A stretch of 64,000 nucleotides of DNA from NCBI RefSeq assembly GCF_001194135.2, contig NC_068999.1, forward strand, positions 2,112,834 through 2,176,833. The letters are read 5' to 3'. Positions 1 to 13,603 of this stretch are shown piece after piece. The stretch comes from Octopus bimaculoides. Lineage: Eukaryota. The notes below the pieces were generated by a model. It saw nothing but the letters and a program-made list of their open reading frames with translations, ran no database searches and was not told the DNA's origin. Numbering within the stretch: the stretch's first letter is position 1; every line of letters starts with the position of its first letter. The position numbers and the translations under genes are program-made.

Positions 1-3000
1 AATGTTCTTTTTTAATCATCTTCAATGCACAGATGCACTCTACCTTCCACCACCACCCCTCCTCCTCCATTTGTCAAACTCTGTCTCACTTTGACTTCTC
101 TCTGATGACAGCTGCTCCTCCTCCTCCATCACCCTCAGGTGAAACAGATGGCTGCTGTTTATTACTCTCCCCTCCCCCCCCCCATTCCACACTGGACACA
201 CCTACTTCTCACACACACACACACACACATAGATAAACATTTCTGATTTCAAGATGATATCCAACAGACTTAAACCACAGCTTAGAAGACAAACCTCACT
301 ATTTACATTTCTTCATTATTATTATTAGTCTATTAAAAAAACAAGAGCAAAATTCTAACTTTGCTAAAATTACTATTTTATCTTTAAATTTAATTTTATC
401 AACTCTCACTGCTACTACTACTACTACTACTGCTGCTGCTGCTGATTTCCTTTTCTTTTTGCTTAATTTTTTTTCTTTCTATTTTGGCAGCTCATCATGG
501 TTTAAGTTCTCTCTCTCTCTCCTCTTTCACTCTCTCTCGCTCTCATGTTTTGTCCTCTCTCTTTATTTTCCTTCTTCCCTTTTTTAGTAATGACTTTGTC
601 TTATTTCTCGGCTTCTATTCTTTGTCCTTCGTTTTCTCTCAAAGGTCTTCTCTTTCTTTCTTTCTCTCTACTCTCACCTTTCTTCTTGGCAAACTTTTTC
701 CATTTTAGAAAGCGCAATCATATTTTCTAGATAATTATTTGTTGTGTGTGTGTTTCTGAAAAAAAAAGGGGGAAAAATTCTTTTTTTTAAATCTCAACAT
801 GACAAATGGGTGAAGGGTGGGGGTTCATTTTTAACACCATTTCTTTCTCATTCTCTTCTCTCTGACTTCACCACCACATCTACACACACACACACACACA
901 CACCCTTGCACTCTCTCAACGCAGACTTTTATCAGGGTGGGTGGGAGGATTATTACAATTGAATGCCCCACCTGCAGACTGATCTTTGGTGTCTCTTCAA
1001 TATTCTATCTTAAATATAAATCCATGAATCCAGTCCCTGTACAATTGATCAGCAACCATTAAGTTCTATTNNNNNNNNNNNNNNNNNNNNNNNNNNNNNN
1101 NNNNNNNNNNNNNNNNNNNNNNNNNNNNNNNNNNNNNNNNNNNNNNNNNNNNNNNNNNNNNNNNNNNNNNNNNNNNNNNNNNNNNNNNNNNNNNNNNNNN
1201 NNNNNNNNNNNNNNNNNNNNNNNNNNNNNNNNNNNNNNNNNNNNNNNNNNNNNNNNNNNNNNNNNNNNNNNNNNNNNNNNNNNNNNNNNNNNNNNNNNNN
1301 NNNNNNNNNNNNNNNNNNNNNNNNNNNNNNNNNNNNNNNNNNNNNNNNNNNNNNNNNNNNNNNNNNNNNNNNNNNNNNNNNNNNNNNNNNNNNNNNNNNN
1401 NNNNNNNNNNNNNNNNNNNNNNNNNNNNNNNNNNNNNNNNNNNNNNNNNNNNNNNNNNNNNNNNNNNNNNNNNNNNNNNNNNNNNNNNNNNNNNNNNNNN
1501 NNNNNNNNNNNNNNNNNNNNNNNNNNNNNNNNNNNNNNNNNNNNNNNNCTACAGTTCCCATAAAAATGTATAAAATGTAAAAGTGAAATTATTAAAGTAT
1601 ATCGTTTTGTAATTAACTGTTGAGTGGTGTTCCATTTGCCAAGCACACAACTTAATTGGAGGTGTTTACATATTACTTCATTATTATTATTAATATTATT
1701 ATATTTTGCTTTAGCAACATTAAAAAATGAAAAAAAAAAAAAACCCCTTTTCTCCCCTTCTCTCCTCTGCCCCCTTCTTTTAAAAGTAATTCGTGTTTCA
1801 GCTTTCTTTGGAAAAAAAATTATAATACTTGCAACAACAACAAAAAGCTTTAAAAAAATTATCCAAAAACGCCAAAAAAAAATCCTTCCTGTCCTGTCGC
1901 CGCCCCCTCCCTCTTCCACTGAAACTCTATCTTATCTCTATTATTATTATTAATTACTATACGTTCTTTTAACCACAATTTCTCTGAACTAGTTTTAAGC
2001 ACACCTTTTACTGTTCTATATCTATATATATATATATACATATAGTGTCTTAATTCTATATACTTGCTTTTTTTTTTTTCCTTTTTTTCTTTTTCACCAT
2101 TTCATTTTTTCTATCATTTGTGTTCACTTTTCATTTAAACTTCTACCTACTACTACTACTACTATTGCTAGCCAGCAACAACTGTACTTTTTACTCTTGT
2201 CTATTATGACTACTACTACCACTACCACTACTACTATTACTGTTTACTTCTGTGACTTGATTGCTATTGTATCATTTATTTTTTATTATTATTTTTTTTT
2301 TTTTTTTTTNNNNNNNNNNTATTTTTTTTTTTTTTTTCTTGTGCTATTAAAACTTCTTTCAAGTGCTTCTCTCTGTCTCTACGTCTGTGCCTATAAAACA
2401 CCATACTCTCTTTCAGCTTCATCTTCTTCCTCCTGCTGCAAAAACTGTTCTCAACTTTCTTCATTCATCCATCAACCGCTGAACTCTACCTACTATTACT
2501 ACTACTACTACCTGTTCCACTTCATTCCGTTATTTTATTACTACTACTATTACTATTCTTCCATGATCTGACCAAATTTCAAAAGTTACAACAAGATCAC
2601 TCGATTTTTCTACTTCTTTACTACTGTTGCTGCTGCTGCTACTACTACTACTACTACTACTACTGTTGTTGCTTCTACTCCACCTTTTTTCCCCCATGCC
2701 ATCAAATGGGGAAGCGCCAACTTTGAGCTCGTAATCGTTACAATGTTTTATTTCTTTTGGGTCACTTTCCATTTCTAAATGACCCTTCTCCATTATGGTT
2801 TTGTTCCCAGAGATTAAAGCAATAATTCTTTAAGATGACAAATTCCCTGCTTAAAGAGTAAAGCTGACAAGTTGTGTATTTGGAAGACTTACACATGTTG
2901 AATCCTCTCCAATCTGATTGGTGCTTCCTCATTCACGGTACCCTCTGTTAGTGAAACAAAGTTCCATTCTTTCCTCAGCTACACTTTCCTATGACTTAAG

Positions 3001-5603
3001 TTTTTTTTTACTCTTTATTCATCAACTTCTTGCTTCATTATTATTATTATTATTATTATTATTTAGAATCTACCATTTTCCATCCAATTAGAACTTTATT
3101 AATGCTTCCTTAGTTGCATTTGTTTGGCAAGTGCTTTAATTAGTGGGCTAAAATATTAGCATTAGATGTTACATATGCACACACATTTTTGTCTATGTAT
3201 ATCTTTCCTTACACATTGAACATACTCTATCTCTGGGATATCAATGACCATCCTGTGATACTTGGAAAAAAAGTCAAAAGATCAGAAGTAGACTATTCCA
3301 ATTTTTGTTAAATGACCAGCAGGTACTGAAAAAAATATACAATTTAGAGGTTTATAAAATTCCAGGCCTAGAAATAGTTGTACATCCAACAGCTCTATGT
3401 AGTTAGCAGGAATAAGTGAAAAACCTAGAATGGTGAGGTGCAGCATCCTGATGGTTTAACTTGGCGGCCAGGTATTTTGTCATTTCTCTTTCAAGGACCT
3501 CCCTCAACCCCCACAAAAAAAAAACATTTGATTTTTACAAGGAACAATTGAGCAGTGAATTACTGGTATACCAGTTCTAAACACAAGAATTTTAGTTTCA
3601 AGTTACCTTCTTTTTGAAGGATGGCAAAAACCAGTGAAATGAGTGGTTGATAAACTCTGGTAACCTAATTTTTGATATTGAATGAATTTTTTAGAGAAAA
3701 TTTATTCAATGCTAGATTTTAAAATTTCACAGCTGCTGGTAAAACCCTACAGAATTACACAATCAAGAAACCAGTTTTTTATTTTTTTTAAATTCTACAT
3801 GAATTGGTAAGACTTAGAGAGACGTGGTCTTTTTCCTGTATTTCGGTGTGTTGCAAATTAACCTTTCTCACATTCAAGATATTCTTTTATTACAAGAACT
3901 GGTGACCCCAAGACTATCTGGAATTAGTTACAAACTTGGTTTTAGACAGGTTTTGGCAAATTTTAAAAATTTACCTTCAGTGATCATGGAAATGCCTTTT
4001 TTTTTTTAAATTTTATTTTCCCTCCCCACAAGGATTGTCTTTTCCATGTCTCCTGGAATTAGATCTGAGGTTCACAGTATTCCTAAAAGTCTTTTTATAT
4101 CATTACTGGTTGGCAACACCTGGAACCTGTTTACATCCTTAACACTCTGTGGAAGATCAAAAGATCTGTAACTTGCTGTGCTCCATGGCCCACATGTAGC
4201 TTAATGTCTCTGAGCATTGTTTTTGGCTCGTGCTCTTTGCCACCACTAGCAAAAAAGGTGGGGCAGACTGCATACCGAGATCCATTCAGCAGAAGAGAAC
4301 TTGTTTAAAGTGGGGAGAATCAGAAGCCATTTATTTAGCTACATGTTAGCAAAGATAGCATCCCTTTACAGTGCCCAATGGTTAACATGAATTAAACCTT
4401 GTTCAGGTTTAGACGTCTGGTTTGGTCTGGATAATTGATGCTGATCAAATCTCTCGGAATGGCCACTAATGCTACATCTTACTGCCATTCTTTCCGAAGC
4501 AGGCCTTTTTTTGTGTGTGGCATTTGATACTTCACCTTGGAATCAACCAGGTGTCTAAAGGGGAAGGGGTTGATAGGTGACTGGGGGGTGCTGATTTTAA
4601 TAAAATCAATCCCTTTCAATATTTAGGGTTCTCGGAGACTTGCTCCATTTTAGCATTTGTGAAGTCTAGGATTTCATATGGGACCTTTTTTCTCTCTTTA
4701 GGGGTGTAAACTTAATGTGGATGGAGCTCTGGAAACGAAGGTTAGAACTGAGAATAGACGTGGTTAATCTTGCTCGACACTCGGTCGATCCCGAAAGAAT
4801 TAGAAATAAAGTTCACTGCAGCAGGATTTGATTTCGATGTTTGAAAACCAGACTTATGCAACGCTCCATATGTGATATGATCTATAACGCCATTGCTTTG
4901 TACTCTTACAATACAGTTCCTGGCTTCTTGGATAGGTTAACAAGCAAGCAGATAAAGGAATTCGTCTCCTGTTGATGATACAAAGATGGCTGATACAGTA
5001 AACTTTCGAATGTTCGGTTGTTTTTTTCCCACCGATTGTGCGCCTGTGTCACAGCCGGTCCTCAGCACACCAAGAGCTGGCACAGGTTCTTCGAGCCGTC
5101 CCTTCAGACGCTCAGTAATTTCTACTGTGCTCTACACTGCATCGGTACTTCGTTTTATTTCTCTTTCCCAGTCAAATATCAAAAAAGGAAAGTGAAAAGC
5201 TAAATCCACCTCGGCTGGATTTGAAATCAGAATGTAAACGGTCGTAATCAAACTGATGAGGCATCATAAGCACGGAACCGATTAAGAATATTGATTTCGA
5301 ATCTTGGCACAAGGCCAGCAATTTCGGGGCAAGAAGTAAATCGATTAGAAACCAAATGCTCCATTGGTACTTTATGGATACCGAAAGGATGAAAGACAAG
5401 GCTTTTATTAGTTTTAATAGTCCACGGTTGTTTCTGGCTGACAGGTCAAACCTATGCCGAAACATCGGGTGTTACAGAATCCCTTGTGCTAACAAACATG
5501 ACTGAACTGTTCGCCAAGGATAAAACATCGGTGATTGACACATTTACGTTCGAATCTACCGAAATATTTACATACGCAAGTCATGGCGTTGATTCTCGCT
5601 GCG

Positions 5604-6069
5604 CACCAGAGTGAGTAAAAAAGTAACGTCATTTTGTTTAGGACAGGTATAATTACCAACACAGGAACATGTATCACATCAAAATGAAGCCGGTCCTCTG
5701 TGGATCACATCCCTACTCCTCATGGCCACTTCTTCACTACAGTTTTCATTTCCTCGTCACTGGAATAATTTAGCACCTTCAGACTATCATCTCTTCGGCC
5801 CCATGAAAGAGGGTTTGAGAGGCAAACATTATTCCAGTGATAAGGAAATGAAAACTGTTGAGAAGTGGTTCAGACAGAATTTTTCGGGGCAGGGGTACAT
5901 GCTCATTCAAAGGTGGAACATTGCTATTGAGAGAAACGGTGACTATGTTGAGAAGTAGGGATGTGATCCACAGAGGACCAGCTTCAATTTGATGTATGAT
6001 ACATGTTCCTGTGTTGGTAATTATACCTGTCCTAAACAAAACGGCATTACTTTTTGACTCACTCTCGTA
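5604..6069 (+). mobile_element. Internally deleted mariner element with ~118-bp terminal inverted repeats and a transposase C-terminal remnant
   Basis: 5604-5722 is the reverse complement of 5949-6069 (GTTTAGGACAGGTATAATTACCAACACAGGAACATGTATC); right end ...CTCTCGTA|TA; internal frame reads LAPSDYHLFGPMKEGLRGKHY...QRWNIAIERNGDYVEK*, typical mariner C-terminus. Confidence 0.9.
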
Positions 6070-6249
6070 TATGTTTCTTGTGTCCGAGAACGACAATTCT
6101 GCAATTTGTTACTAACAAACAGCAAACGTTTGTGTCGTATATCATTAGCTCACTCCCCCACCACCACCACCATCAACGCTACCCGTTGTGTCAGGTGTCG
6201 AAGTGATCGCAGAGTAAAGTGAGAGGAAGTATTTTGCTGAAGAACAAAA

Positions 6250-6330
6250 TTCCCCGCTCGCACTGGGAATCTACCCCCACGTCTCGCGATAGTGAGTGTA
6301 ACACCCTCAACCACTGGGCCATGATCCCTA
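6250..6330 (-). mobile_element. tRNA-derived SINE head
   Basis: Minus strand has A-box TGGCCCAGTGG and B-box-like GGTAGATTCC; no intact cloverleaf. Confidence 0.55.
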
Positions 6331-6753
6331 CCACACATGAATAGATATATACATATGTATAAAGAACGGAAGGGTTCGAGCAGTCAGCGACCATCCAACA
6401 ATGTGTACACGAGTATGTATGTATGCGCGGGGACGTGGAAAAGCCTGGGTTGGCCCACTGGGAGTAGGAGGCCACTCTGTTGCCCCAACATCTCTCAAGA
6501 AGGAAACTGAGCGAGAAAACTTATGGCACATTCGATGATAAAGACTAGTTCTTCTTTTTGAGTTGGTGCTGGTCCATGTTCTGAGAATGCGATTGGATTT
6601 ATGCAAAGAAAAAAACCCTGATGCACAGGCATCGCTTGATAAACAAAGAAAGACCTTTTACGAAAATGGCTGGTCGTAGCCTTTGCATGTGTGGGACTTT
6701 CGATCAGACGATGGCAACACGAGTTTGCAGCCATCATACATATAATATATAAT

Positions 6754-6895
6754 GGGCGCAGGAGTGGTATGACACTTGCTTCCCAACCACATTGTTCCGT
6801 GTTCAGTCCCACTGTGTGGCACCTTCGGCAAGTGTCTTCTACGATAGCCTCGAGCCCTTGTGAGTGGATTTGGTAGATGGAAACTGAAAGAATCC
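6754..6895 (+). mobile_element. SINE copy (family A)
   Basis: CTTGCTTCCCAACCAC...GTTCAGTCCCACTG...GGATTTGGTAGATGGAAACTGAAAGA; reverse-complement copy at 7082-7236. Confidence 0.8.
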
Positions 6896-6899
6896 CTTC

Positions 6900-7070
6900 G
6901 TGTTTGTCCCCCACAACCGATGCTGGTGTGTTTACGTCCTTGTATTATTGCGGTTTGGCAAAAGAGACCGATAGAATAAGTAATAGGCTTACAGAGTCCT
7001 GGGGTCAGTTTGTTCGACTAAAAGGCGATGCTCCAGCATGGCCGCAGCCAAATGACTGAAACAAGTAAAA
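6900..7070 (-). mobile_element. SINE-like dispersed repeat (family B)
   Basis: Shares the CCAGCATGGCCGCAG...ATGACTGAAACAAGTAAAA block with copies at 18.7, 24.3, 26.1, 28.1, 51.6, 53.6 and 62.6 kb. Confidence 0.8.
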
Positions 7071-7081
7071 CTATATATATA

Positions 7082-7236
7082 CGATGGGCTACTTTCAGTT
7101 TCCGTCTACCAAATCTACTCACAGGCTTTGGTCAGCCTCGGGCTATAGAAGACGCCCACGGTACCACACAGTGGGAGTGAACCCGTATGCATGTGGTTGG
7201 GAAGCAAACTTCTTAGCACACGGCCAAGCCTGCGCC
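7082..7236 (-). mobile_element. SINE copy (family A), inverted relative to 6754-6895
   Basis: CTTTCAGTTTCCGTCTACCAAATCTACTCAC...GTGGTTGGGAAGCAA is the reverse complement of the 6.8-kb copy. Confidence 0.8.
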
Positions 7237-7739
7237 TAACCAAAGCATAGACAGGCAGACAACAGGTATGAAGTGAGATTACGACGTGTTTGTATTAAAA
7301 CAACTTCAGGAGAAAAGCAAGAATACGAGATCAGTAGAAAGTTCCAACTGAGTGAAGTTCTTAACAGGTAGTCTCGCTTGTGGGACCGAAAGAAAGTCCA
7401 TACTTTTATTATGACAGCTTTGTAGGTTGATGAATGTTGTCACGAGTAAAATACCTGGGAAATTATAGAAAAGACACCTTTTGACTTCTTTCTACCATTT
7501 TCATGGTTTTTACCTGACAACTTTCTTCTACCTACACGACATCATATCAGTACTAGTTCGTAAGAACATCAGTTGAGATGGATAACCAAATTCTATGTTA
7601 GCTGTCTAGTAACTCATTCAAATAGGAATTTCAAAATTAAGCGTCCAGCATTTTGAAGCGCTGTTATTGGTACAAGTTACATTCCAAGAATAGTCGATGC
7701 TCTCAATTTTAGATGATTCGGACCAAACAGTTTTACGAG

Positions 7740-8330
7740 TGGAACTTGGCAAGATAAACTTTCCAACAAAGATTATTTGGCCTGACGAGATTTACATTTA
7801 AATTAAATGGCTCAGTTAATCGCCACAATTGCGTCGACTGGGCATCTGAGAACCTGCATTTTATGGAGAAACCATGTTAATTTACAATGAGCCGCAATAG
7901 GGGCCGTTTACCATCAAAAAGATTAATGGACCATTCTTTTTTCACAGTTCTGTGACTGGCTCCAAATCACTTGAACTTGTTGCAGTAATCTGTCATGCCA
8001 AGCATTCAAGAGAAGTTTTAGCATGTATAGTTTATTTCTAGCTACATGGGGCACCCCCACGCCACCATAGTAAGGTAAGAACCTGTCTTGATTAGATTTC
8101 GTCATATAGGTGGATTGAACGAAGAGATTTAGTACAATATCCTGTGTGTTCGCCAGACATCAAGGCCATTAGACCCTCTTTTACGGGGATGCTTTAAAGA
8201 AGATGAAGTTTACTGTACAGAGCCGGCAACAGTTGAATGCGCAAAATATCAGACGAAATGTTTCTTGGAGCTTTGCGTTGTCGTCAACAGCGGCTGGACT
8301 AGAATGATCATCGGTTTGAAAACTGGCGTT
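7740..8330 (+). mobile_element. Decayed Tc1/mariner transposase remnant, DD41D/rosa-like
   Basis: Frameshifted translation gives [49 protein letters not shown], which match WSDE / NGxVNRHNC / DGAPPH / YPPRSPDL blocks. Confidence 0.7.
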
Positions 8331-9536
8331 CATAGAAAAGTAAAATTCTGTCGGCAGATTCTATTAAATTTCGAAAATGATTTTATTTAACACTGACTTA
8401 ATCGTTCAATGACAGTGTNNNNNNNNNNNNNNNNNNNNNNNNNNNNNNNNNNNNNNNNNNNNNNNNNNNNNNNNNNNNNNNNNNNNNNNNNNNNNNNNNN
8501 NNNNNNNNNNNNNNNNNNNNNNNNNNNNNNNNNNNNNNNNNNNNNNNNNNNNNNNNNNNNNNNNNNNNNNNNNNNNNNNNNNNNNNNNNNNNNNNNNNNN
8601 NNNNNNNNNNNNNNNNNNNNNNNNNNNNNNNNNNNNNNNNNNNNNNNNNNNNNNNNNNNNNNNNNNNNNNNNNNNNNNNNNNNNNNNNNNNNNNNNNNNN
8701 NNNNNNNNNNNNNNNNNNNNNNNNNNNNNNNNNNNNNNNNNNNNNNNNNNNNNNNNNNNNNNNNNNNNNACCCCAAGAAAATCTAAGCTAAGAGCACTAG
8801 ATTCTTTGGGAGAAAGCAAGCGAATGTATACGGAAGGAGCAGTCTCGAGTGTAACCGGCCGAAACTGCAATGACGATCTGGAACTCGACTGACGAAAGAA
8901 AGCTCCGAATGACTTGTCCTTGTTTTTTCTTGTCCTTTTTCGTATCGTCTAACTGTCCGGATATTTTGTTGTCGTCTGTTACCTTCTTGTTTTGTTTTTT
9001 ATTGTTTTTATCTATATATACATATAGTGGCGTACGTACACTTTTGGTCTCCAACACACACACACATATATATATGGGACCAGTCACAGTATCGATAAGA
9101 ATGAAAGGTCTATTTAATCCTTCAGATGATAAAATTGCACCATGCTCTAACTCTTGTATGTATGTGTATATATATGTATGTATATATACACATATATGTG
9201 TGTGTGTATACATATATCTATGTATATACATACACACGCACTCACACATGTAATGTGTATTTCAGAGTTATGTATCAATGTGACGCAGATAGTGAGAGAG
9301 TATTTAATCGATGTTAGCTGATTTCTAAAACACCAAACGTGTTCACACTTGTCTAGCATATCCTGACGATCAGTCGTTGAAACGAAGGCCGAATAGCAAG
9401 CAATAAATAAGTCCACTGCAAACTACAAAGCTACGTGTACCAAGTTCTTAGCTATGGGTATCCTGGACGATACTGGTGTGTAACAACAATACACACAGCT
9501 CAATAGGAGTAATGGCCACTTTATATACATACATAT

Positions 9537-9625
<89 letters not shown>

Positions 9626-10124
9626 GTGTGTGTGTGTGTGTATGGGATGTATGTATGAANNNNNNNNNNNNNNNNNNNNNNNNNNNNNNNNNNNNNNNNN
9701 NNNNNNNNNNNNNNNNNNNNNNNNNNNNNNNNNNNNNNNNNNNNNNNNNNNNNNNNNNNNNNNNNNNNNNNNNNNNNNNNNNNNNNNNNNNNNNNNNNNN
9801 NNNNNNNNNNNNNNNNNNNNNNNNNNNNNNNNNNNNNNNNNNNNNNNNNNNNNNNNNNNNNNNNNNNNNNNNNNNNNNNNNNNNNNNNNNNNNNNNNNNN
9901 NNNNNNNNNNNNNNNNNNNNNNNNNNNNNNNNNNNNNNNNNNNNNNNNNNNNNNNNNNNNNNNNNNNNNNNNNNNNNNNNNNNNNNNNNNNNNNNNNNNN
10001 NNNNNNNNNNNNNNNNNNNNNNNNNNNNNNNNNNNNNNNNNNNNNNNNNNNNNNNNNNNNNNNNNNNNNNNNNNNNNNNNNNNNNNNNNNNNNNNNNNNN
10101 NNNNNNNNNNNNNNNNNNNNNNNN

Positions 10125-10177
<53 letters not shown>

Positions 10178-10224
10178 TGAAGGTTCATCAAAAACTATAC
10201 GTAATCTTGTTTCTGTAATTTATT

Positions 10225-10560
10225 AAAAGAAAACCCGGGGTTGAACAATTCCATCATTTCCGACATGGCCTCCTTGCTTTTATGCACTACTTTCTGCTCT
10301 CTTTCGTCTGTAACAAATTGACGACCTCGAAAAGGATGTTTGAACACTCCAAAGAGGTGATAGTCGGAAAGAGGGGGGGGGGCAGGATCTGGATTCTATG
10401 CAGGGTGATCCGACATCTTGAAACACAGTATTTCAATTGTTTCGACATTTCTGGGTGGCTGCGTGTGGGCCTGCACTGTCGTGCTGCAATAACACCTTTA
10501 TCAACAGACTTCGGTGTTTGGTGTGAATTGCTGGTTTCAGTTTCTGGCCAGCATTTCACT
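10225..10560 (-). mobile_element. Decayed mariner transposase remnant
   Basis: Minus-strand pieces resemble KGV...HDNARPH, YSPDLAP, HLFG...RGRQF..DE of mariner transposases; several frameshifts. Confidence 0.6.
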
Positions 10561-10674
10561 GTAGCCTACACTACTGATTGGTGACCCCTTTTTCCAGGAA
10601 TAGGCCTTTCGATCCCCACTGCCACCAAAAGAAAAAAACGGTCAGTATCACTTTTTCTGCGGTCAGTTGAGTCT

Positions 10675-11100
10675 GCGATATACATCTGGAAAATCCTGGA
10701 AGGCCTTGTACCAAACTTTGGCATTGGAAGTTACTTAAACAGCAGAACGGGGCACCACTGCATAGTGCCAAAGATCCCAGCATTGCCATCAAAATACAGG
10801 ACCAGATACTGCAACAGCTTGGGCTTCAAGGGCCCACAGCTCTTCAATATCCTTCCAAAATGCCTGAGAGACCTGCATGCTGTGGATGTAAGTGTCTTTA
10901 AAACAAACTGGATCTATTCCTGTCAAGGGTTCCAAACGAGCCTACCTCACGGCAGGAAACCTAGATGAGGGCAGCAGCATCAAACTCCCTCGTTGACCAA
11001 ATGCCACATATCAGAGGAGGCTTCAAATAATGGTGTAGCACAGTCAACGGTGGTGCCTCAGCATGACCGCAGCTTTGAAGCTGAAACATTTTAAAGATTT
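10675..11100 (+). mobile_element. 3' fragment of a CR1/L2-group LINE
   Basis: IWKILEGLVPNFG...RYCNSLGFKGPQLFNILPKCLRDL..FKT, typical ORF2 C-terminus; followed by short 3' UTR and (AT)n. Confidence 0.7.
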
Positions 11101-11282
11101 AAAGATATATATATATATATATATATACATATATAGTTCAAAGATATATGATAGATTGCTGATCACTACATTTATTTTTTTTTTCTCTCCTTGTTTCTTT
11201 CTGTGTTCCTTTCAGAGCGTTATACTAATACATCCATTTGTGGTTTACACCATCTGTCTTCGTCTGTTGTTTTTTCGTAAAT

Positions 11283-11325
<43 letters not shown>

Positions 11326-11614
11326 NNNNNNNNNNNNNNNNNNNNNNNNNNNNNNNNNNNNNNNNNNNNNNNNNNNNNNNNNNNNNNNNNNNNNNNNNNN
11401 NNNNNNNNNNNNNNNNNNNNNNNNNNNNNNNNNNNNNNNNNNNNNNNNNNNNNNNNNNNNNNNNNNNNNNNNNNNNNNNNNNNNNNNNNNNNNNNNNNNN
11501 NNNNNNNNNNNNNNNNNNNNNNNNNNNNNNNNNNNNNNNNNNNNNNNNNNNNNNNNNNNNNNNNNNNNNNNNNNNNNNNNNNNNNNNNNNNNNNNNNNNN
11601 NNNNNNNNNNNNNN

Positions 11615-11658
<44 letters not shown>

Positions 11659-12272
11659 TACTATGTATATATAGTGTAAAGAGAAAGAGAAAGATCGATC
11701 ACGAACCCACATCTGTGATCTTTTTATTCAACGGATTTTATAACCCAAAATTCTACATGAAATTATTTTTAGCGTTAACTACTTCGAGTTCCACCGTCCA
11801 GTGGTGTACATTGGCTGCTAATATGCCATACGGTTTCACCATTTTGCCCACAAATTCTGCACTTATCGTTTTCTGATGTGTTGTCTATTCTGTATTTGAT
11901 GTCATTTGTTCTTGGTCTTGATTATGCAGCAGAACATAAATGCAGAGAAGCACATAGATGTGTGCGTGTGGTAGGGATGGTGGTCGCGATGGCGTTGGTC
12001 GAAGGAAGAGCACACGGATGTGTAGAGGAATCCCTCGACGGTGTCGGTAACCTTTACTAACAAGTTATTTCAATGAATCATCAATGTGGTCCAAGCGAGG
12101 ATGAAGAGGATGGAGAAAAGCGAATAAAAAACGCCTTTATTGCTTTCATTCTTTTCTCCTTTTTTCTACCCCCACTCTCTCTCTCTCACTTTCCTCTCTC
12201 TCTCTCTTTCTCTTCATGCAAATATATGTAGAGAGGGCGTGAGGGTGGTGCGTGTATCTGTCTGCATATGTA

Positions 12273-12381
<109 letters not shown>

Positions 12382-12684
12382 ATGCATGCATGTATATATG
12401 CATTTATGTATATATGCAAGTATGTATGTATGTACGTACGTATGTATGTATCCATGTGTATGTGCGCGCGCGTTTGTGTGTGCGTGAGTGTGTGTTTATG
12501 TGTGTGCATATATATACAAATGCACTTACAAACAACAACCGTTTTGAATGAAAATGGCAACCGTTCAAACGGTCCTAATTGTTCGGATATTCGATGAGTG
12601 AATTGCGCATTTATGACGTAATCGCTCCAAACGATTTGTTGTGTCAAATCGTTTGGATTATTTCGTTTTTCTTTTCCTCTCAGG

Positions 12685-13405
12685 TTTTGTTGGAGCTCCT
12701 GGAGTCTTGCATATGTAGCGGACTTTTCTGCCTGCAGCCTACGGTGCCATGCTATCCGTTCTTTTCAGCTATCCAATGCTTTCCTGATTATTCTGGTCAT
12801 GTCAAGGAGGCAAACCTTTTGTAACAGTTCTACTGGGCTCTCTATTCCAATTTCCTTTATATTCCTCTTGATACCTTCTGATACTGTCCCCCAAGGACCC
12901 AACAACAATTGGCAATATCTTCACCTAAATTTTCCACAGTCGAGCTATCTTGTATTTAAGAGGATTGTATTTATTTTTCCGCTTTCCTTCTTGACTATTC
13001 ATGGGTCTAAGGAGCATGCAACATCAAATAAAGAGCACAACTAGTTCACCTTGTCCACCATCACTAGGTCCGAATTGCTGGGCTCAAAAATCTGGATTGT
13101 TCTCAAAAATCTGGATTTTGCAAATCTCCGACTTCCCAACTTCTTTTGTTTGTGCTCAAACCACGTATTGTCTCTCTCTAGACCCCACTTTTCACACAGT
13201 TTCCAATGTGGGAATTTCGCTAACCCACCGCGCCGCCACAACTTTTAGTGGTTTTGGGAAAGTTAAGGGTATTCGTTCGCAATATTGGCAATAGTTTTGT
13301 CGACTCTCTTACAGATTCGGCACAATGGAGACACTTGCTCATTCCTAAGGTTGATTCTCCAACTTGTGGCCAAAGCTTGGTCTTGTGCTGCCAGTCCGGT
13401 GCTTC
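12685..13405 (-). mobile_element. R4/Dong-like RLE non-LTR retrotransposon, 3' fragment
   Basis: Minus strand: AAQDQALAT...CRICK.....IANIAN zinc-knuckle region, ENNPDF(W)E, PIVVGSLG; homologous to 52915-53545. Confidence 0.8.
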
Positions 13406-13556
13406 CAGTTTCTTTTCTTCAACCCCACCCCCACCCCCAATGCTTCAGCTGTAGCTACAAAGAAATATGAATAAAAATATACATGGACACATATTTTGAG
13501 CTTTATTTTTCCTGTTTGCGTCACCAGACCTATACACACGCACACATATATGTATG

Positions 13557-13603
<47 letters not shown>

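Noticed and set aside
1049-1919. Long ORFs spanning N-runs (also at 8.4, 9.6, 11.3, 16.2, 43, 48, 52, 54.3 and 58 kb)
   Set aside because: Open only because X codons hide stops
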